Shown one piece after another: positions 44,897-57,038 of a stretch of 64,000 bases of DNA (positions are counted from its first letter, which is position 1; each line of letters begins with the position of its first letter). The notes below the pieces were generated by a model. The model ran no database searches, had not been told where the DNA came from, and saw only the letters and a program-made list of their open reading frames with translations. This DNA comes from Nitrospirota bacterium (GTDB lineage: Bacteria > Nitrospirota > UBA9217), in contig CAVVOB010000030.1 of NCBI GenBank assembly GCA_963749655.1, positions 192,001 to 256,000 of the forward strand. The letters run 5' to 3'. The translations under genes and the position numbers were made by a program.

Positions 44897-44940
44897 ACAA
44901 TAAAAGCAGGATACTAATATCCTGCTTTTATTGTTTTTTT
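44897..44940 (+). terminator. Intrinsic terminator
   Basis: ACAATAAAAGCAGGATA/TATCCTGCTTTTATTGT stem plus T-run. Confidence 0.8.
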
Positions 44941-45059
44941 ATAATTTTTGCAATAATATCAGAAAAATAGAGATATTCCTCAAAATCAGCCAATTCCGGC
45001 AAATTCCTGCGTAAAACAACCCATAATCGGATTTGCTTTTTTCCTGACCGGGAAATATA

Positions 45060-45086
45060 TTGGCACTCGCCTTGAACGAGTGCTAA
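45060..45086 (+). promoter_or_regulatory. CIRCE operator (HrcA site)
   Basis: TTGGCACTC-N9-GAGTGCTAA upstream of groES; one mismatch to consensus. Confidence 0.92.
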
Positions 45087-45141
45087 TTATCTGATATACT
45101 AACCACCATCCACTATTACTTCACAGAAAGGAGTTGACTGT

Positions 45142-45408
45142 ATGAGCATCAAATTCAAGCCGTTGAAAGACCGGGTGTTTGTAAGCTATACCGCAGAACT
45201 GGAGAAAACCGCAGGGGGGCTTTATATTCCCGATACTGCCAAGGAAAAACCGCAGAGCGGCAAGGTGGAAGCCGTGGGTGATGATGTGAAGTCCCTTAAG
45301 GTCGGCGACAAGATACTCTTCGACCGGTATTCGGGATCCAAGATCAATCTCGACAATGTCGAGTACCTCATTGTAAAAGAAGAAGACGTGCTGGGGGTCC
45401 TGAGCTAA
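45142..45408 (+). CDS. groES: Co-chaperonin GroES
   Basis: KPLKDRV, TAGGLYIPDTAKEKP. Confidence 0.97.
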   Translation: MSIKFKPLKDRVFVSYTAELEKTAGGLYIPDTAKEKPQSGKVEAVGDDVKSLKVGDKILFDRYSGSKINLDNVEYLIVKEEDVLGVLS

Positions 45409-47128
<1,720 letters not shown>

Positions 47129-47166
47129 GAGGTAGAGAAAAACTTTTCCTTTCACGAGGAAAGAGC

Positions 47167-47202
47167 AAGGCTGGCTGGGAGAAATCTCGGCCGGCCTTTT
47201 TT
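47167..47202 (+). terminator. Intrinsic terminator
   Basis: AAGGCTGGCTGGGA/TCTCGGCCGGCCTT stem plus T-run. Confidence 0.7.
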
Positions 47203-47433
47203 GTTTCGGGGTGGTAATAGGGCACGGGCTGTGTGTCGTCAATGGCGATTCGAACAGTTTGCAGCTGTTCCAGGCGTCGTTTAGTTTTATTCAGGGGGAG
47301 GGTTGACTCATGAAAGGTGTTCATCTTGCACTGATATATGACTGAACATTCTTGGTATAAAAAAACAGGCCGAAAAGTTTACTTTCCTACCGGCCTGTCT
47401 GCAGTGACGGATTCAATTTTTGGTGGATATTCA

Positions 47434-48858
47434 TTAACTTTTTAATATTTTCTCCGCAGCGATCTGTGCCTCATGTACGCAGTCTCCGATCCCGATTCCC
47501 TTGTAGGAGCAACCGATGAGATGCAGTCCGGGATGTGATGCAAGAGTGCGGTCGATCATGGAGATACGGCCCAAGTGGCCTACCGTGTATTTCGGCATTC
47601 CTTTGGGCCAACGGTAGACCTTTGAGAACTGTGCTGCGGCCTTAATACCGAGTATGCCGTCTAGCTCTTCTTGCACCATCCTGACCATTCCGGAATCGTC
47701 CAGATCCCGCACGAGCTCTTCATGATGCCCGCCACCCACAAATACGCGGACCAGGACCTTGTCCTCCGGTGCGCGATGCAGCCATTTGATCGAGCTATAT
47801 GTCGCCGCATTGACCCTCTTGCCCTCTATGCGGGGGACGATGAAACCAAAACCGTTGAGAGGGACACTGACGTCCTCTTTCCGGAAGGCAATGGAGACAG
47901 TTGCCGAGGACGACCACTCAATCTTGTTCATCTGTGCAGCGAGCGTCTCGTCGAACCCTTTTATCATGGCGGCTGCATCATATGCTGCTGAAGCGATCAT
48001 GACGTGGTCTGCTTCCAGTGTCTCGCCGCTTTCAAGCACTACGGCGTATCCTTTCCCCTTGGGTTCAACAGCCTTGACCGGCGCGTTCATGCGCATCGAA
48101 TCCGCGCCGACATAATCGACGCAGGCATGAGCCAGGGTCTGCATCCCGTTTCTGAAGCTCATGGAGAACGTGAGTTTAGGTGCGTTCGTCTTTGGCGGAG
48201 GGCCGTTATGCGTGGCGTGCGTGCGAAGTTTGAGAGCGGCGAGCATGCCCAGGATGAGGCTGCCGCTTTTCTGTTCCATCTGCACAAAACGCGGGAATGT
48301 TGCTAACACGCTCATGTTGTCTGGGTTTGAAGTATGAATACCGGCCACAAGCGGTTCTGCTATCTTCTCAAGGCACTCCCGGCCGAGCCGGCGTGTAACA
48401 AACGATGCAAGGCTTTCGTCCTCCATGACTTTGCGCTTAGGGACGAAAATTTCCATTCCCATGCGGAGTTTTCCTGACCAGGAGATGAGACTGGATTTTG
48501 CCATGGGCCAAAACGATGTCGGCACCATGAGCATCACACCTTCAGGAAGGGAGTGAAGTTTGTTTCTAGAATAGATGAACGTGCCTTTGAAGTCGTCGTT
48601 CGATGGCAGCATTTCCGGTTCAAGACCGAGATGTCTGGCCAGGTTCACGCTCCAGATCTTTTCCGGTAGGAAACTGTCCGGACCCCCCTCGATAAGGAAT
48701 TCGTTGTGCTTCTCGGTTAGAATCTTGCCGCCGAGGCGCCCGTTTTTTTCCAGCACCAGAACTTCGACGGACTTATTGTGGGCCTTGGCCCCGGCTTTCA
48801 GGTGGACGGCGGCTGCCAATCCGGCAATTCCGCCGCCGATGATAATGACTTTCGGCAT
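47434..48858 (-). CDS. hemY: HemY-type copro/protoporphyrinogen oxidase
   Basis: GGGIAGL, EGGPDSF, GFGFIVPR, GIGIGDCV. Confidence 0.92.
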   Translation of the reverse strand: MPKVIIIGGGIAGLAAAVHLKAGAKAHNKSVEVLVLEKNGRLGGKILTEKHNEFLIEGGPDSFLPEKIWSVNLARHLGLEPEMLPSNDDFKGTFIYSRNKLHSLPEGVMLMVPTSFWPMAKSSLISWSGKLRMGMEIFVPKRKVMEDESLASFVTRRLGRECLEKIAEPLVAGIHTSNPDNMSVLATFPRFVQMEQKSGSLILGMLAALKLRTHATHNGPPPKTNAPKLTFSMSFRNGMQTLAHACVDYVGADSMRMNAPVKAVEPKGKGYAVVLESGETLEADHVMIASAAYDAAAMIKGFDETLAAQMNKIEWSSSATVSIAFRKEDVSVPLNGFGFIVPRIEGKRVNAATYSSIKWLHRAPEDKVLVRVFVGGGHHEELVRDLDDSGMVRMVQEELDGILGIKAAAQFSKVYRWPKGMPKYTVGHLGRISMIDRTLASHPGLHLIGCSYKGIGIGDCVHEAQIAAEKILKS

Positions 48859-48948
48859 GACAACATCCTTTTTGAGACGCGACGACGTTTAAAGAGGCAA
48901 AGCGCATGTTACTGCGCTACTCGAATTTTCGTGCTTTTGCAGAAAGGC

Positions 48949-49842
48949 CTACAAGACTTTTTTTACTACATCGGCCAGGGACTGAATGAAGAGAGCCGAA
49001 GTATTCAGCGATTCTGCGCGTTCGAAAGTGAGCCCAAGCTTTTTAGCGTGCGCCCGGTGTGCGATATCAATATCGTACAGTGTTTCCATATGGTCGCAGG
49101 TGAATCCGATGGGTACTTCCAAAACCTCTTTAAATCCCTCTCGTGCAATCCTGTCGAGTGTGGATTCCACATCCGGCTCAAGCCACGGTTCCGTCGACCG
49201 CGCACCTTTACTTTGCCAGGCAATACGCCAGTTGTTTATACCTAGCTTTTCGACGACATGACGGACCGTTTCTTCTACCTGCTGCTGGTAAGGATCGCCG
49301 GCCTGAATATAGCGGAGGGGGATGCTGTGGCTTGTAAATATCACGACGACGTGCCTTTGTTGTCCTGTCCAGAAGCGCTTCAAACCCTGAAATACGTGCT
49401 CCTGCCATGCTCGTATAAAAAGGGGGTTGTCGTGCCAGTTCGCGATGAACAGGGGACTTGCGCCGCTCCCAAGGCCTTCGCAGGCTTTTTTGTAAGTGCC
49501 TGTCGTTACTTCTGTCGCATAGGGCGACATGGAGAGTGCAATGACACGGTTTGCACCGTTCCTGACAGCACGCTCGAAGGATTCCGGGATGGTCGGGTGG
49601 GAGTACCGAAAACCTTCATAGACACGAAACTCGCCGCCCATTTCTTGTTCGAGGGCAACCGCCTGTGCGTGCACGAGATCTGGCAGCGGAGACTTCCCTC
49701 CGATCATTTTGTACCGCTCGACAATGGCAGCAACAAGGGGCGGTGCTGCCGGCCTGCCTATGAAGGCGGTCATGAAGGGGCCTACTTCTTCGAGATTCCG
49801 GGGGCCGCCTAACGCGACAAGTATTATTGCAGTGTTACTCAT
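48949..49842 (-). CDS. hemH: Ferrochelatase
   Basis: GGKSPL, SHSIP, GDPY, WLEPD, GFTCDHMETLYDID. Confidence 0.93.
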   Translation of the reverse strand: MSNTAIILVALGGPRNLEEVGPFMTAFIGRPAAPPLVAAIVERYKMIGGKSPLPDLVHAQAVALEQEMGGEFRVYEGFRYSHPTIPESFERAVRNGANRVIALSMSPYATEVTTGTYKKACEGLGSGASPLFIANWHDNPLFIRAWQEHVFQGLKRFWTGQQRHVVVIFTSHSIPLRYIQAGDPYQQQVEETVRHVVEKLGINNWRIAWQSKGARSTEPWLEPDVESTLDRIAREGFKEVLEVPIGFTCDHMETLYDIDIAHRAHAKKLGLTFERAESLNTSALFIQSLADVVKKVL

Positions 49843-49949
49843 TTCAGCTTTTCAATTGTCAATTTTCAATTCTTTCACACTCCATCCATCGACTGGTTCA
49901 CTTGCAACAGATCGGCCTGGACGGTATTCATGACAGGAGATGTAATGCG

Positions 49950-50993
49950 TTATTTGGGATTTGATCGCCTGCTCATTTCGTGGGTAGCATTGATAAATTC
50001 AGCGGCATGATCAAGCGGCGTCTGCTGCAGGATGCCATGCCCAAGGTTCATGATATGGCCGTTTCGACCCGCAGCACGGTCAAGAATTTCCCCCGTGCGT
50101 TTCCTTATAAATTCTTTAGTTCCAAAGAGCGAAACAGGGTCGATGTTTCCCTGAACCGCCTTATCATGGCCGACGCGCTTCCACGCTTCATCAAGATTGC
50201 ACCGCCAATCAAGGCCAATCACGTCGCCGCCGGCTTCCGACACCATCTCCAGCAAGTGCGACGCGCCGTGAGCAAAATGAATAAGGGGAACCGTTTTCTT
50301 AATTCCGGCGATCACGTTCTTCTGATGGGGCAACACGAATTCACGGTAGTCGCTAGGGCCGAGTGCTCCGACCCACGAATCGAAGAGCTGAACGACCTGA
50401 ACGCCCGTATCGATCTGGGCATTCATATAGTTGATGATTACGCTGGTTAGATGTTCCATGAGCCTGTGCCAGGTCTTCGGATCGGAGAACATCAAGGCTT
50501 TTGCATGCTCGAAATTTCGGGATCCACCGCCTTCGATGATGTAGCTTGCAAGCGTGAAGGGCGCGCCGGAAAAGCCGATGAGGGGAACTGTTCCGTTTAG
50601 TTCCCGGAGGACGATCTTGATCGCCTTCATCAGATATTCGATCTGGGTCGCTGAATCGATCTGTCTGAGCTTTGCCACGTCCGCTGCAGTGCGCACGGGA
50701 TTGTGGATCACCGGGCCCTCTCCTTTGGCAAACTCAAGCGCTATTCCCATAGGTTCGAGAGGGAGAAGAATGTCGGCGAAAATTATGGCTGCGTCGATTT
50801 CATACCGGCGCACCGGCTGAATGGTCACTTCGGCGGCAACTTCCGGGGTCTTGCACATTTCCAGGAACGTGTGTTTTGCACGGATTTCCCGATATTCCGG
50901 CAGGTATCTGCCGGCCTGGCGCATCATCCACACCGGCGTACAATCAACCGGTTCGCGACGGCATGCTTTCAAGAACCTGTCTGCTCTCGACAT
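49950..50993 (-). CDS. hemE: Uroporphyrinogen decarboxylase
   Basis: PVWMMRQAGRYLPEY, IFADIL, NLGHGI. Confidence 0.96.
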   Translation of the reverse strand: MSRADRFLKACRREPVDCTPVWMMRQAGRYLPEYREIRAKHTFLEMCKTPEVAAEVTIQPVRRYEIDAAIIFADILLPLEPMGIALEFAKGEGPVIHNPVRTAADVAKLRQIDSATQIEYLMKAIKIVLRELNGTVPLIGFSGAPFTLASYIIEGGGSRNFEHAKALMFSDPKTWHRLMEHLTSVIINYMNAQIDTGVQVVQLFDSWVGALGPSDYREFVLPHQKNVIAGIKKTVPLIHFAHGASHLLEMVSEAGGDVIGLDWRCNLDEAWKRVGHDKAVQGNIDPVSLFGTKEFIRKRTGEILDRAAGRNGHIMNLGHGILQQTPLDHAAEFINATHEMSRRSNPK

Positions 50994-51263
50994 CCTCGTA
51001 ATCTCCCTGTGACTACAAGAGCGTTCTCCGCTCTCGAGTTATTAATACAAAGGCTCATAATAGTATTTTGTGAGCGAAAAGACAAGATTTTTTTCTAGTC
51101 GTTCCAGAAGCAATGCTTGTTCAACGGAGCTTGGGCCGTATGAGGCATAGCCAATGTATGACGAAGGATTGCGATAAAAGGGCATTTATGCTAATCTTTT
51201 ATTATCTGCAGTGCCCCTGTGCAGTGCCTGCTTTGGCGAGTTTTGAACAAAAGGGAGGACTTC

Positions 51264-51701
51264 ATGTCAGAAGAAGAGAAGGTGGTCGCCCGATTCAAAG
51301 ATGGTTCCCTGGTGAAGGGGTATGTTCGGAACTTTAGGGTTGATGCCGAAACAGTGAGGCTTCGCACACCGAAAAACAGGAATGAAATCACCGTGCCTGT
51401 TGAGAATCTCAAAGCTCTTTTTTTTGTGAAGACGTTCAGTGGATACCGCGAGTATGTGGAGCGAAAGGTGTTCGGCATCAGGAAAAATGCCGGCCGGAAG
51501 GTGTTCGTAAAGTTCGGCGACAAGGAGTCTCTGCTGGGCTTCATTGAAGGAGCTGTTCCGTGGAACAGGGGTTTTTCCCTGACCAAACCGGGCATGAAGG
51601 CAAAGGGATTCTTTCTGGTTCCTGTGGATTCTGACAGCAATAATACCAAGGTCTTTGTCGTCGGGAGCGCTATCAGCGATATTACCATCATGGTTGTCTA
51701 A
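51264..51701 (+). CDS. Hypothetical protein with duplicated beta-rich module
   Basis: SD GGGAGG; KVVARFKDGSLVKGY and KVFVKFGDKESLLGF. Confidence 0.8.
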   Translation: MSEEEKVVARFKDGSLVKGYVRNFRVDAETVRLRTPKNRNEITVPVENLKALFFVKTFSGYREYVERKVFGIRKNAGRKVFVKFGDKESLLGFIEGAVPWNRGFSLTKPGMKAKGFFLVPVDSDSNNTKVFVVGSAISDITIMVV

Positions 51702-52062
51702 AATATATCTCCCCAGCGCTATTCCTCAGGTGGGCAGCTTTAGCATTTATTATGATTCTTCGCATATCTTCGCGGTTTTCCTCAACTGCGGTCTAGGGCG
51801 GCCGTACTCTGATTGTGACGCTTCAAAGAGGCAAAGGGAAGTCCTCGGACTTTGCGCGGATTACTTTAGGCTTGTGACAATTCTGTTTGGCAGCTGTAGT
51901 AACCGGCAGTAAAGGACGAGAACACCACAGCCGAAGTGTTTTGTCGGGCCATCAAGAGTCTCAGTGCCTTTCGTTTTTTAATGTACTCAGAAACGGAGGG
52001 GCCCGTTTATGATACAATACAAGCGCGGGGGTGAGGGCTTTGTCGCAAATATTCAAAACAGC

Positions 52063-52092
52063 TTGACAAAGTGCGCACTCACCGTATAAAAT
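52063..52092 (+). promoter_or_regulatory. sigma70 promoter of cysS
   Basis: TTGACA-18 nt-TAAAAT. Confidence 0.6.
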
Positions 52093-52144
52093 CAACTTTC
52101 CATTTTATCCTATTTAAGCATATTGTATGAGGGTACTGCATCGT

Positions 52145-53620
52145 ATGATCAAGATCTATAATACATTGTCAGGGAAAAAAGAGGAATTTGTTCCTATTCA
52201 TCCCGGCAAGGTGACCATGTATGCTTGCGGCGTTACAGTGTACGACTTTTCGCATCTCGGTCATGCACGGAGCGCTGTAGCATTCGATTTGATTCAGCGT
52301 TATTTCCGCCGCAGGGGATTCGAGGTAAAGTACGTCCGCAACTTCACCGACGTTGACGACAAGATTATAAATCGTGCAAAAGAAGAGTCAATCAGCGCGG
52401 CTGAGGTTGCGCATAAATATATTGAAGCCTACCAAGAGGACATGAGACGTCTAGGTGTCGCCAGGGCAGATGTCGAACCGAGAGCAACGGAACATATAGC
52501 GGAGATGCTCCAGATCATCACGGGGCTACTGGAAAAGGGGCATGCATATGTCATCGACGGCGATGTCTATTTCAGCGTCTCGAGCTTCAGTAACTATGGC
52601 AAACTCTCAAAAAGGAATCTTGAGGACTTGAAGGCCGGCGCGCGTGTGGAAATCGACGAACGCAAAAAGGATCCTTTGGACTTCGCGCTCTGGAAGGCTT
52701 CGAAACCAGGGGAGCCGGCATGGGAAAGTCCCTGGGGGTTGGGCCGGCCGGGCTGGCATATTGAATGCTCGGCTATGGGATTCAAGCATCTGGGCGAGAC
52801 CTTCGATATCCATGCGGGCGGCAAGGATCTTATCTTCCCTCATCATGAAAATGAAATTGCTCAAAGTGAAGCGTATTCGGGTAAGAAATTCGTGAATTAT
52901 TGGATTCACAACGGATTTGTGAACATCAACCAGGAGAAGATGTCGAAGTCCCTGGGGAATTTTTTTACGATCCGCGATATTCTTGATCAGTATGACGCAG
53001 AGGTGGTCCGCCTCTTTCTTCTTTCAACCCATTATCGCAGTCCCATTGACTTTTCCGACGCTAACTTGAAGGATGCCCGTGCCGGACTTGATCGTTTTTA
53101 TACGATGAAAGAGGGCATCATCAAGTTCCTTGCAGGAAAAAGAGCGCCTATGGTAAAGCCCGAAGAGGTCATTGAGTCGAGCGACCGGCCGTTATATGAG
53201 AAGACCGTAAATCTCTCGAAAGCATTCGAAGAGGCAATGGACGACGACTTCAACACTGCTTTCGCGATAGGTGTCGTCTACGACCTGGTTCGCGATATAA
53301 ATAAGTTCCTCTCAGTCGTGGACAAGAAGAATGACGCGGCTTCATTTATCATTCTTTCCCAGGCTCTTTCTTCCTTTGAGGATGTTAGTAAAACTCTTGG
53401 CATCTTCCTCAGAGATCCCGAGGAGTGGTTCAAGGAAAGCCGTCTGACGGATGGCAAGGTAACGCTTTCCGTAGAGCGTATCGAGGAACTCATTCATCTT
53501 CGGAATGAAGCGCGAGCTCGCAAGGATTGGGCTGAAGCAGACAGAGTGCGCAAGATTCTGGATGATGGCGGAGTTGCACTCTATGACCGGCCTGACGGCA
53601 CGGTCTGGAAACCTAAGTAA
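52145..53620 (+). CDS. cysS: Cysteine--tRNA ligase
   Basis: CGVTVY, HLGH, PGWHIECSAM, KMSKS. Confidence 0.97.
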   Translation: MIKIYNTLSGKKEEFVPIHPGKVTMYACGVTVYDFSHLGHARSAVAFDLIQRYFRRRGFEVKYVRNFTDVDDKIINRAKEESISAAEVAHKYIEAYQEDMRRLGVARADVEPRATEHIAEMLQIITGLLEKGHAYVIDGDVYFSVSSFSNYGKLSKRNLEDLKAGARVEIDERKKDPLDFALWKASKPGEPAWESPWGLGRPGWHIECSAMGFKHLGETFDIHAGGKDLIFPHHENEIAQSEAYSGKKFVNYWIHNGFVNINQEKMSKSLGNFFTIRDILDQYDAEVVRLFLLSTHYRSPIDFSDANLKDARAGLDRFYTMKEGIIKFLAGKRAPMVKPEEVIESSDRPLYEKTVNLSKAFEEAMDDDFNTAFAIGVVYDLVRDINKFLSVVDKKNDAASFIILSQALSSFEDVSKTLGIFLRDPEEWFKESRLTDGKVTLSVERIEELIHLRNEARARKDWAEADRVRKILDDGGVALYDRPDGTVWKPK

Positions 53621-53769
53621 CCCTGCTAAGCCGAGGACCATTATTTGTCCGGAGCAGCAACCGGCTCTCGTGATGATGAGTGGGTCTTCGCGCGTCTTTG
53701 CCGGTTGAGTGTAAGTTTGCGATTCGTGGCAGTCATTTGAGCCACTTCAACGTGAGCATGACCCCCCCT

Positions 53770-54540
53770 ATGCCGAAAGAACATATCATTGGCATCAATC
53801 CCGTGATGGCGGCGCTTCAGGCCGGTAGACCCATTCACCGACTCCTGATTGCTGAGCAGCGAAAAAGAGACCGCGAAGTCGTTCGTATCATCGAGCTTGC
53901 GAGGGACAGGGGCATCGAGATCCGGATCATGTCACGGGACGCTATGAATCACGAGACTCAGAACCCACACCATCAGGGGATTATGGCTCTTGCGTCGGCC
54001 CGCGAGTATGCTACACTCGATGATGTTCTACGCATACCGGAACAGCGGGGAGAGCCGGCGTTGTTTCTGGTTCTTGACAGTGTAGAGGACCCGAGGAACC
54101 TTGGCGCCCTGGTGCGTACGGCGGAAGCCGCCGGTGTTCACGGCCTGATCATCCCCGAACGTCGCGCTGCCGGGCTCACGGAGACGGTAGCAAAAGTTGC
54201 GGCTGGAGCACTGGAGTTCATTCCGGTGGTCAAGGTTGTGAACATTTCGAATACCCTTGAGACGCTGAAAAAAGCGGGAGTATGGGTGGTCGGTGCCGAG
54301 GCTTCAGGCGGTACGGTTTATTGGGATGCAGATTTTGTGCGACCGACAGCGCTTGTGCTGGGAGGAGAGGACAAAGGGGTGAGGAGGTTGGTTCAAACCC
54401 ATTGTGATTACCTTGTGTCGCTGCCGTTGAAGGGGCAAATCAGCTCCCTGAACGTATCAGTGGCTGCCGGGGCATTATTGTATGAGGTGATGCGACAGCG
54501 CAGAGGCACAGCAGGCACAACAACGCTAAAGTCGTATTAA
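53770..54540 (+). CDS. rlmB: 23S rRNA Gm2251 methyltransferase
   Basis: HQG, DPRNLGA, GGEDKG, SLNVSVA; follows cysS. Confidence 0.92.
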   Translation: MPKEHIIGINPVMAALQAGRPIHRLLIAEQRKRDREVVRIIELARDRGIEIRIMSRDAMNHETQNPHHQGIMALASAREYATLDDVLRIPEQRGEPALFLVLDSVEDPRNLGALVRTAEAAGVHGLIIPERRAAGLTETVAKVAAGALEFIPVVKVVNISNTLETLKKAGVWVVGAEASGGTVYWDADFVRPTALVLGGEDKGVRRLVQTHCDYLVSLPLKGQISSLNVSVAAGALLYEVMRQRRGTAGTTTLKSY

Positions 54541-54574
54541 AATTTTGCCCCTTCCTTAAATCTAATCTTTTTGC

Positions 54575-54604
54575 TTGACAAGAGAACATACTTTCTCTTA
54601 TAAT
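54575..54604 (+). promoter_or_regulatory. sigma70 promoter of the tRNA-tuf operon
   Basis: TTGACA-18 nt-TATAAT. Confidence 0.8.
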
Positions 54605-54705
54605 TACAATTCTTTGGCGTGTCAGGATAAGTGCGCGTAAACACAGGAGAAGTGTTTTTTTCGATACAATACGGGCAGCAAGGCGTGGAAGGTACTGAGG
54701 ATTCT

Positions 54706-54781
54706 GCCACCGTAACTCAGCTGGTAGAGTAGCTGATTTGTAATCAGCCTGTCGGGGGTTCGAGTCCCTTCGGTGGCTCCA
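54706..54781 (+). tRNA. tRNA-Thr(TGT)
   Basis: 76-nt cloverleaf with CCA. Confidence 0.95.
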
Positions 54782-54837
54782 ATTTTTAGTGCGGTCAGGG
54801 CTTCGCATCGCACGACCAGGCATCTGGTGCTAACATC

Positions 54838-54923
54838 GGGGAGGTGCCCGAGTGGCCAAAGGGAACAGACTGTAAATCTGTCGGCGTCAGCCTACGGAGG
54901 TTCGAAACCTCCCCTCCCCACCA
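54838..54923 (+). tRNA. tRNA-Tyr(GTA)
   Basis: 86-nt cloverleaf, long variable arm, CCA. Confidence 0.96.
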
Positions 54924-55001
54924 CTTAATTTTCAGCAATTTCGTACGGGTAGCAGAATTGCGGGATGGCGTCTCTCGTGTAATCCATTCCGGCGTTGAGT
55001 T

Positions 55002-55078
55002 GCGGGAATAGCTCAGCTGGCTAGAGCGCAAGCCTTCCAAGCTTGGGGTCGCGGGTTCGAATCCCGTTTCCCGCTCCA
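55002..55078 (+). tRNA. tRNA-Gly(TCC)
   Basis: 77-nt cloverleaf with CCA. Confidence 0.96.
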
Positions 55079-55090
55079 TTTTCAGTTTAC

Positions 55091-55166
55091 GCCCATGTAG
55101 CTCAGTTGGCAGAGCACATCCTTGGTAAGGATGAGGTCAGCGGTTCGATCCCGCTCATGGGCTCCA
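55091..55166 (+). tRNA. tRNA-Thr(GGT)
   Basis: 76-nt cloverleaf with CCA. Confidence 0.96.
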
Positions 55167-55246
55167 GTACTTACGAAGAACTACGTAAAACAAATAGTAA
55201 TAATAATGTACTAAAAATATTCACTTCCTATCAGGAGGGGTACGGC

Positions 55247-56446
55247 ATGGCAAAGGCAAAATTTGAGAGGACGAAACCACACGTGAACGTGGGCACCATC
55301 GGCCATGTGGACCACGGCAAGACGACCTTGACGGCGGCCATCACGAAGGTGCTTTCCTTCAAGAACATGGCGAGTTTTGTATCCTACGATAATATCGACA
55401 AGGCCCCGGAAGAACGCGAGCGCGGCATCACGATCGCAACGGCGCACGTGGAGTACCAGACGGATAAGCGCCACTATGCCCATGTTGACTGCCCCGGTCA
55501 CGCTGACTATGTGAAGAACATGATCACGGGTGCGGCGCAGATGGACGGCGCCATCCTGGTGGTGTCGGCCGCAGACGGCCCGATGCCGCAGACGCGCGAG
55601 CATATCCTGCTGGCCCGCCAGGTGGGCGTTCCGTACATCGTGGTGTACATGAACAAGGTTGACATGGTAGACGATCCCGAGCTGATCGAGCTGGTCGAGC
55701 TGGAAGTTCGCGAACTGCTGTCGAAGTACCAGTTCCCCGGCGACAAGACCCCGATCGTGAAAGGGAGCGCCCTGAAGGCCCTCCAGAGCGAGAGCAAGGA
55801 TGTGAACGCTCCTGAGTACAAGAGCATCATGGAGTTGATGGATGCCCTGGACAGCTACATTCCTCAGCCGAAGCGCGACATCGATAAACCCTATCTTATG
55901 CCGATCGAAGACGTGTTTTCGATTGCCGGTCGCGGAACGGTGGTGACGGGCAGAATCGAGCGCGGCATCGTGAAGGTGAGCGACGAAATCGAGATCGTAG
56001 GCATCAAGCCGACGCAGAAGACGGTGGTCACGGGCGTTGAGATGTTCCGGAAGCTTCTGGACCAGGGAGAGGCAGGAGACAACGTTGGTGTGCTTCTTCG
56101 TGGTGTCAAGAAAGAGGACGTGGAGCGCGGCATGGTGCTGGCCAAGCCCGGGAGCATCACCCCCCATACCAAGTTCAAGGCTGAGGCGTATATATTGACG
56201 AAGGAAGAGGGCGGCCGCCACACGCCGTTCTTCAATGGCTACCGTCCGCAGTTTTACTTCCGTACGACGGACGTGACGGGCGTGGTAAAGCTGGCTGAAG
56301 GAGTGGAGATGGTTATGCCGGGCGATAATATGAGCTGCTCGGTAGAGCTGATCACGCCGATTGCCATGGACAAGGAGCTCCGGTTCGCCATCCGCGAGGG
56401 CGGCCGCACCGTGGGCGCCGGCGTCATCACCGAAGTGATCGAGTAA
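55247..56446 (+). CDS. tuf: Elongation factor Tu
   Basis: [17 protein letters not shown]. Confidence 0.99.
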   Translation: MAKAKFERTKPHVNVGTIGHVDHGKTTLTAAITKVLSFKNMASFVSYDNIDKAPEERERGITIATAHVEYQTDKRHYAHVDCPGHADYVKNMITGAAQMDGAILVVSAADGPMPQTREHILLARQVGVPYIVVYMNKVDMVDDPELIELVELEVRELLSKYQFPGDKTPIVKGSALKALQSESKDVNAPEYKSIMELMDALDSYIPQPKRDIDKPYLMPIEDVFSIAGRGTVVTGRIERGIVKVSDEIEIVGIKPTQKTVVTGVEMFRKLLDQGEAGDNVGVLLRGVKKEDVERGMVLAKPGSITPHTKFKAEAYILTKEEGGRHTPFFNGYRPQFYFRTTDVTGVVKLAEGVEMVMPGDNMSCSVELITPIAMDKELRFAIREGGRTVGAGVITEVIE

Positions 56447-56450
56447 TCAA

Positions 56451-56528
56451 ATTACTGACTGGTAATCGGGGATTGTGAATTAAAAAAATCCTCAATAGCT
56501 ATTTACCAATCTGAAATCTGAAATTGAA
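56451..56528. repeat. Degenerate heptamer array, inverted arms
   Basis: ATTACTG-ACTGGTA-ATCGGGG-ATTGTGA-ATT facing AATCCTC-AATAGCT-ATTTACC-AATCTGA-AATCTGA-AAT. Confidence 0.65.
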
Positions 56529-56544
56529 TGTGAGGCAATAAATC

Positions 56545-56697
56545 ATGCGGGAAATCGTTCTTCTTGCTTGCGGCGAGTGCAAGCGTAAAAACTACTCAAC
56601 TACTAAGAACAAAAGGAATACACCGGACAAGCTGAACCTGGATAAGTATTGCCGGTTTTGTCGTAAACACACAACGCACAAGGAAACAAAAGCGTAG
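56545..56697 (+). CDS. rpmG: 50S ribosomal protein L33 (Zn-binding form); absent from the ORF track
   Basis: [50 protein letters not shown]. Confidence 0.96.
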   Translation: MREIVLLACGECKRKNYSTTKNKRNTPDKLNLDKYCRFCRKHTTHKETKA

Positions 56698-56732
56698 CCT
56701 GGATTAGAAATGGCGCTGCGAGGTTAGGACAC

Positions 56733-56808
56733 AGGCCAGTAGCTCTAATGGTAGAGCTCCGGACTCCAAATCCGGCTGCTGGGGGTTCGAGTCCCTCCTG
56801 GCCTGCCA
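56733..56808 (+). tRNA. tRNA-Trp(CCA)
   Basis: 76-nt cloverleaf with CCA end. Confidence 0.96.
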
Positions 56809-56844
56809 TTTTATTCCGGAACCCTGTGCAGAAAGAGGGCTGGT

Positions 56845-57030
56845 ATGCTGAAGAAGATTGCAGACTTTATTCAGGAAGTAAAGCTGGAACTCAAGAAGGT
56901 TGTGTTTCCGACAAAAAAGGAGGTAATAGGTTCTACCTGGGTGGTAATAACCACCGTACTGATATGCGCCTTTTTTCTAGGACTGGTAGATATGGGGTTG
57001 GGAAGGTTGATGACCCTTGCCTTTAAGTAG
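56845..57030 (+). CDS. secE: Preprotein translocase SecE
   Basis: ELKKVVFPTKKE plus one TM; precedes nusG. Confidence 0.94.
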   Translation: MLKKIADFIQEVKLELKKVVFPTKKEVIGSTWVVITTVLICAFFLGLVDMGLGRLMTLAFK

Positions 57031-57038
57031 AAATCATT

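Noticed and set aside
45061-45077. sigma54-like TGGCAC-N5-TTGA upstream of groES
   Set aside because: Lacks the -12 GC and is fully explained by CIRCE.
51702-52144. T-box leader before cysS
   Set aside because: No T-box consensus, and a promoter lies only about 50 nt upstream of the start.
55043-55246. N-terminal extensions on tuf and ORFs over tRNA or rnpB genes
   Set aside because: They overlap structural RNA genes; the SD supports the downstream start.
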